From NCBI GenBank assembly GCA_963851265.1, contig CAWKNZ010000002.1, positions 768,001-832,000 of the forward strand: a stretch of 64,000 nt of DNA, read 5' to 3'. Both the position numbers and the translations under genes were made by a program. Source of the DNA: an uncultured Gemmatimonadales bacterium. Lineage in GTDB: Bacteria > Gemmatimonadota > Gemmatimonadetes > Gemmatimonadales > Gemmatimonadaceae. Shown here in pieces: positions 60,456-64,000 of the stretch. The notes beneath the pieces were generated by a model. It was given only the letters and a program-made list of their open reading frames with translations. It searched no databases and was not told the DNA's origin. Position 1 is the stretch's first letter. The number at the start of each line of letters is the position of its first letter.

Positions 60456-62132
60456 ATGAACGCCCTCGGCTCCACGACGCTGGCCGCGCTCCTGTCCCTC
60501 GGCTGTCGGGCCGAACACGCTCCGTCTCAGAGCGGCGCGGCCGGCGGCACGTTGGTCATCGCCACGGCCGGCGACGCCGACGCGCTGGTTCCGCCGCTCG
60601 TGTCGTCGCTGCAGGGCGCGCAGGTCACGGCCCAGCTGTTCGACCGCCTCGCCGAGCCCGACTCGACGCTCGAGACGGCGGGCGATACGCACTTTCGGCC
60701 GCGGCTCGCGCGGAGCTGGCGGTGGGCGGAGGACTCGCTCTCGATCGCGTTCGCGATCGACCCGCGCGCGCGGTGGCACGACGGGCGGCCCGTCACCGCG
60801 CGCGACGTCGCGTTCAGCTACGCGTTGACCGTCGATCCGAAGACCGCCAGCCCGTTCGCACCGCTGCTGTCGGGGATCGATTCCGTGGTCGCGCGCGACT
60901 CGCTCACCGCGGTCTTGTGGTTCAAGCAGCGAAGCCCCCGGCGATTCTTCGACGCGACGTACCAGCTGTGGGTGCTCCCCGAGCACCTGCTGCGCGACGT
61001 GCCGCGTGACCAGCTCGCCGCATCGGCGTTCGCGAGACATCCGGTCGGCTCGGGACGCTTTCGGTTCGCGTCGTGGACACCGGGGCAGCAGATCGCGCTC
61101 GTGGCGGACACGGCGAACTACCGCGGCCGCCCGGGCCTCGACCGCGTGATCTGGGCGGTGTCGGCAGATCCGGGGGCCGCGACCCGACGCCTCGTCTCGG
61201 GGGAGGCCGACGTGTGGGAGCAGTTGCGAGGCGACGGACTCGCGCAGGTGGCCCGCGTGCCGGCGCTCCGGACGGTGAGTTACTCGTCGATGGACGTCGG
61301 GTACCTCGCGTTCAACCTGCAGGATTCGACCGGTCGCGCGCACCCGCTGTTCGGCGACCGGGCGCTGCGGCGCGCGCTGGCGGCGTCGATCGATCGCACG
61401 AGCGTGGTGCGCAACGTGTTCGACACGCTCGCGTACGCCACGGCCGCCCCGCTGCCGCGAACCGTCTCCGGCCTGGACGGCCGAGCGGCGGCCGCGTTCG
61501 GGCCGACGTACGACCCGGCCGTGGCTGCGGCGACGTTGGACAGCCTCGGTTGGCACGTCGCGCCTGGCGGGATGCGGGTGCGTGCGGGGCGGCCGTTGCG
61601 GTTCCGGATCCTGGTGCCGACGACGAGCAGCGTTCGCCAGCGGCTCGCGGTCCTATTGCAGACGCAGTTCGCGCGCGTGGGCGCCGCGGTCGACATCGAC
61701 GCGGTCGACCCTGCGGCGTTCGGGCGCGCGCTGCAGACGCGCCGGTACGACGTGATCCTGAACGCGTGGCACAGCGACCCGTCGCCGACGACCATCGTGC
61801 AGCAGTGGGGCGCACCGGGCGCGGCCGGGCGCGGTTCGGCCAACGTGACCGGTTACCGCAGCGCGGCATTCGATTCCCTGGTGGACCGGGCTGCGGCGGC
61901 CGGGGCCCGGCCGGACGCGGCGGCGCGCTGGGCGGAGGCGTTCGCTTCGCTCGCCGACGACGCGCCGGCAGTCTGGCTGTACGAGCCGCGGATGATCGCA
62001 GGCATCCACCGTCGCATCCAGCCGAGCGGGCTCCGCGCGGACGCGTGGTGGGCGAACCTCGGCGACTGGCGCATCGCGCCGGGGCAGCAGATCGCGCGCG
62101 ATCGGGTGCCGTTGACCGTCGCGGCGCGCTAA
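60456..62132 (+). CDS. Peptide ABC transporter substrate-binding lipoprotein (family 5)
   Basis: LSLGC lipobox; WHDGRPVTARDVAFS, PVGSGRF, LRRALAASIDR. Confidence 0.9.
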   Translation: MNALGSTTLAALLSLGCRAEHAPSQSGAAGGTLVIATAGDADALVPPLVSSLQGAQVTAQLFDRLAEPDSTLETAGDTHFRPRLARSWRWAEDSLSIAFAIDPRARWHDGRPVTARDVAFSYALTVDPKTASPFAPLLSGIDSVVARDSLTAVLWFKQRSPRRFFDATYQLWVLPEHLLRDVPRDQLAASAFARHPVGSGRFRFASWTPGQQIALVADTANYRGRPGLDRVIWAVSADPGAATRRLVSGEADVWEQLRGDGLAQVARVPALRTVSYSSMDVGYLAFNLQDSTGRAHPLFGDRALRRALAASIDRTSVVRNVFDTLAYATAAPLPRTVSGLDGRAAAAFGPTYDPAVAAATLDSLGWHVAPGGMRVRAGRPLRFRILVPTTSSVRQRLAVLLQTQFARVGAAVDIDAVDPAAFGRALQTRRYDVILNAWHSDPSPTTIVQQWGAPGAAGRGSANVTGYRSAAFDSLVDRAAAAGARPDAAARWAEAFASLADDAPAVWLYEPRMIAGIHRRIQPSGLRADAWWANLGDWRIAPGQQIARDRVPLTVAAR

Positions 62133-62198
62133 GCCGGCGGGCTCAAGTGCCCGGCACTCCGGCGTAGCGCGGGGTGCGATCGGGGGCGAAGTTGAGGC

Positions 62199-63041
62199 GT
62201 GCCGACCGAATCGCCCCCCGCGCCCGTCACGGCGTCCGCGTTCGCCGGCGGCGGGCCGGCCGTACGCGAGACGCACATCCCGGTCTTGCCCAAGCGACTG
62301 GCCCGCGCGCAGTTCGCGTCGCAACTGTATCAGCACCTGCCGGCGGTGCTGACGGTGCTGGCAGCGGGCGTGAGCGCGATCCAGTCCGAGCGGGAGGGGG
62401 GCGCGGTCGCGCTCGCCGTGGTGGAGCTCGTGGTCGGCGGGTGGGTGCTGTTCACCATCGCGCAGGAAGCGCGGCACCTGTTCCGGCGTCGGACGCCGAG
62501 TCGTGCCGGGGACGCGTCGCACGCGACACACGACGCGCACGACGCGCACGCCTCGGCGTGGATCGACACGCCCGGGCTGGCGGCCGCGGCGCTCGGCTAC
62601 GTGGAGGTGTGGCACCACGCGCACGAGGTCGGGCATTTCAAGTTGGTGAGCCCCTACATGCTCGGCGCGACGGCAACGCTGTTTCTCGCGTTAGGCGGTC
62701 GACGCCTGATCGCCAACCGGATGCGGCACCGTCGCCCGCACCTGCGCGTCACGACGACGACCGTGACGTATCGCGGCGGCCGGCGCAGGCGGTGGACCGC
62801 CGACTGGGCGGACGTCGCGTCGGTCGAGGACGGCCCGGGCACCGTGACGTTCCGCATGCGGGACGGGCGTGCGCACGCGCTCCGCGAGGACGAGCACCTG
62901 AACGGCGGGGCGTTGCTCGCCGCGGCGAGGGCGGCGGTCGCGGAGCACGCACCGGCGCACGTCGCGGCCGACCGCGCGGCGCCTGGGGCGGGGCCGCACG
63001 CGCCCGGGTCGTCGCCCGAGCACGCGCTCAGCCGCCCTTGA
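62199..63041 (+). CDS. Hypothetical membrane protein
   Basis: About four hydrophobic segments and a soluble C-terminal domain; GAGG before GTG. Confidence 0.65.
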   Translation: MPTESPPAPVTASAFAGGGPAVRETHIPVLPKRLARAQFASQLYQHLPAVLTVLAAGVSAIQSEREGGAVALAVVELVVGGWVLFTIAQEARHLFRRRTPSRAGDASHATHDAHDAHASAWIDTPGLAAAALGYVEVWHHAHEVGHFKLVSPYMLGATATLFLALGGRRLIANRMRHRRPHLRVTTTTVTYRGGRRRRWTADWADVASVEDGPGTVTFRMRDGRAHALREDEHLNGGALLAAARAAVAEHAPAHVAADRAAPGAGPHAPGSSPEHALSRP

Positions 63042-63843
63042 ACGCGGCGATCGCCTGGCGCGTGAACTCGGACAGGACCAGGCGGCCGCTGGTCGCTGCG
63101 CGGTCGGCGAGGAGAGCGTCCCACGACTCGGTGCCGCTCCACGCGACGCGCTTGATCTCGGCCATCGCCTCGGGGTTGTAGCCCGCGAGACGGCGCGCGA
63201 GCGTGTCGAGCTCGGCGTCGAGTTCGGCCGTGCCGGGCACCAATCGCGCGAACAGGCCGTGGCGGTGGGCCCACGCGGCGTCGCGCCAGTCCGCGTCGAC
63301 GGCCATGGCGCCGTACGCGGCAAGCCCGATCTTGCGCTCGATGACCGGACCAACGACGAACGGCCCGATGCCGACCGCGAGTTCGCTGAGGCGGCACGCG
63401 GCGGCCTGAGTGCCGATCGCGTAGTCCGACGCGGCGACGAGTCCGACGCCGCCGCCGGCCACGCGGCCGTGCACTCGCGCGACGACGAACTTGGGGCAGC
63501 GGAGCATCGCGAGGATCACGCGGGAAAACCCGCTGAAGAACTCGCGGCCGGCTTCGGCGTCGCCGCGCTCGCTGATGGCGACGAGTTCGTCGAACGAGGC
63601 GCCGGCGCAGAACGGGCCGCGGTCGCCGCTGCGGAGAACGACCACGCGCACGTCGTCGCGCGCGCCCGCGTCGCGGACGGCGTCGGCGAGCCCGCGGAGC
63701 AGGGCGGCCGGCATCGAGTTGCCCTTCGGGTGCTCGAAGCGAACGGTCGCGACGGCGTGGGCGACCTCGGTCGAGACGCGGCCGTCGGCAGGGACGGCGC
63801 CGTCGGCGGCGTTGCGGGATGGCGGAGGGCTTGTGATCGACAC
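63028..63843 (-). CDS. Enoyl-CoA hydratase/isomerase family protein
   Basis: FCAGASF, VHGRVAGGGVGLVAASD, LSELAVGIGP; start uncertain. Confidence 0.9.
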   Translation of the reverse strand: MSITSPPPSRNAADGAVPADGRVSTEVAHAVATVRFEHPKGNSMPAALLRGLADAVRDAGARDDVRVVVLRSGDRGPFCAGASFDELVAISERGDAEAGREFFSGFSRVILAMLRCPKFVVARVHGRVAGGGVGLVAASDYAIGTQAAACRLSELAVGIGPFVVGPVIERKIGLAAYGAMAVDADWRDAAWAHRHGLFARLVPGTAELDAELDTLARRLAGYNPEAMAEIKRVAWSGTESWDALLADRAATSGRLVLSEFTRQAIAAFKGG

Positions 63844-64000
63844 GGGTGTCCGAGGGGAGTGGTCACGGCTGGGACGGCGCGAACCGGGGCCGCACGGCCG
63901 GGCGGACGATCGCGGCCCGCCGCGTGCTATGGATCGGCCCCGCGGGTATATTACAGGGCGCACGGATCGTCATGTGCCATCAGCAGTTACCTGATTCTCT

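Noticed and set aside
63920..64000. AT-richer stretch with TATATT at the window end
   Set aside because: Probably a promoter region, but truncated, so it cannot be assigned.

Overview
Very GC-rich bacterial chromosomal window; the 16S sequence and gene set look like Gemmatimonadota (Gemmatirosa/Gemmatimonas-like; by-eye assignment). Mostly housekeeping genes: purK-purE, tRNA-Asn, uvrA, an ABC exporter, PP2C, an aldo/keto reductase, HD and HDOD proteins, pckA, maeB, a TonB receptor, nfo, envC-ftsX-ftsE, sugar kinases, GT9, lepA, DUF58/BatA, mfd, two PPIases, pdxA, a CDF transporter, pilT, typA, a 16S rRNA gene, a kinase/FHA pair, tRNA-Ile, DUF2156, DHS-like, LysM, Rad52/DdrA-like, a peptide SBP and an enoyl-CoA hydratase. 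No CRISPR array, intact IS or prophage was seen. Most notable: (1) a dispersed heptamer GTTAGGC/GCCTAAC (20 copies found by eye) that imposes rare codons in several frames, suggesting a DNA-level signal; (2) a STAS-HATPase plus STAS-wHTH partner-switching-like pair inside a sugar-kinase/cell-division operon; (3) a CxxC/RGPP leader ORF before a metal-type TonB receptor; (4) a stand-alone 16S gene with a separately promoted tRNA-Ile; (5) an HDOD-GAF protein with an IS-like HTH tail; (6) many apparently leaderless genes. Family calls come from motif recognition only; no searches were run.
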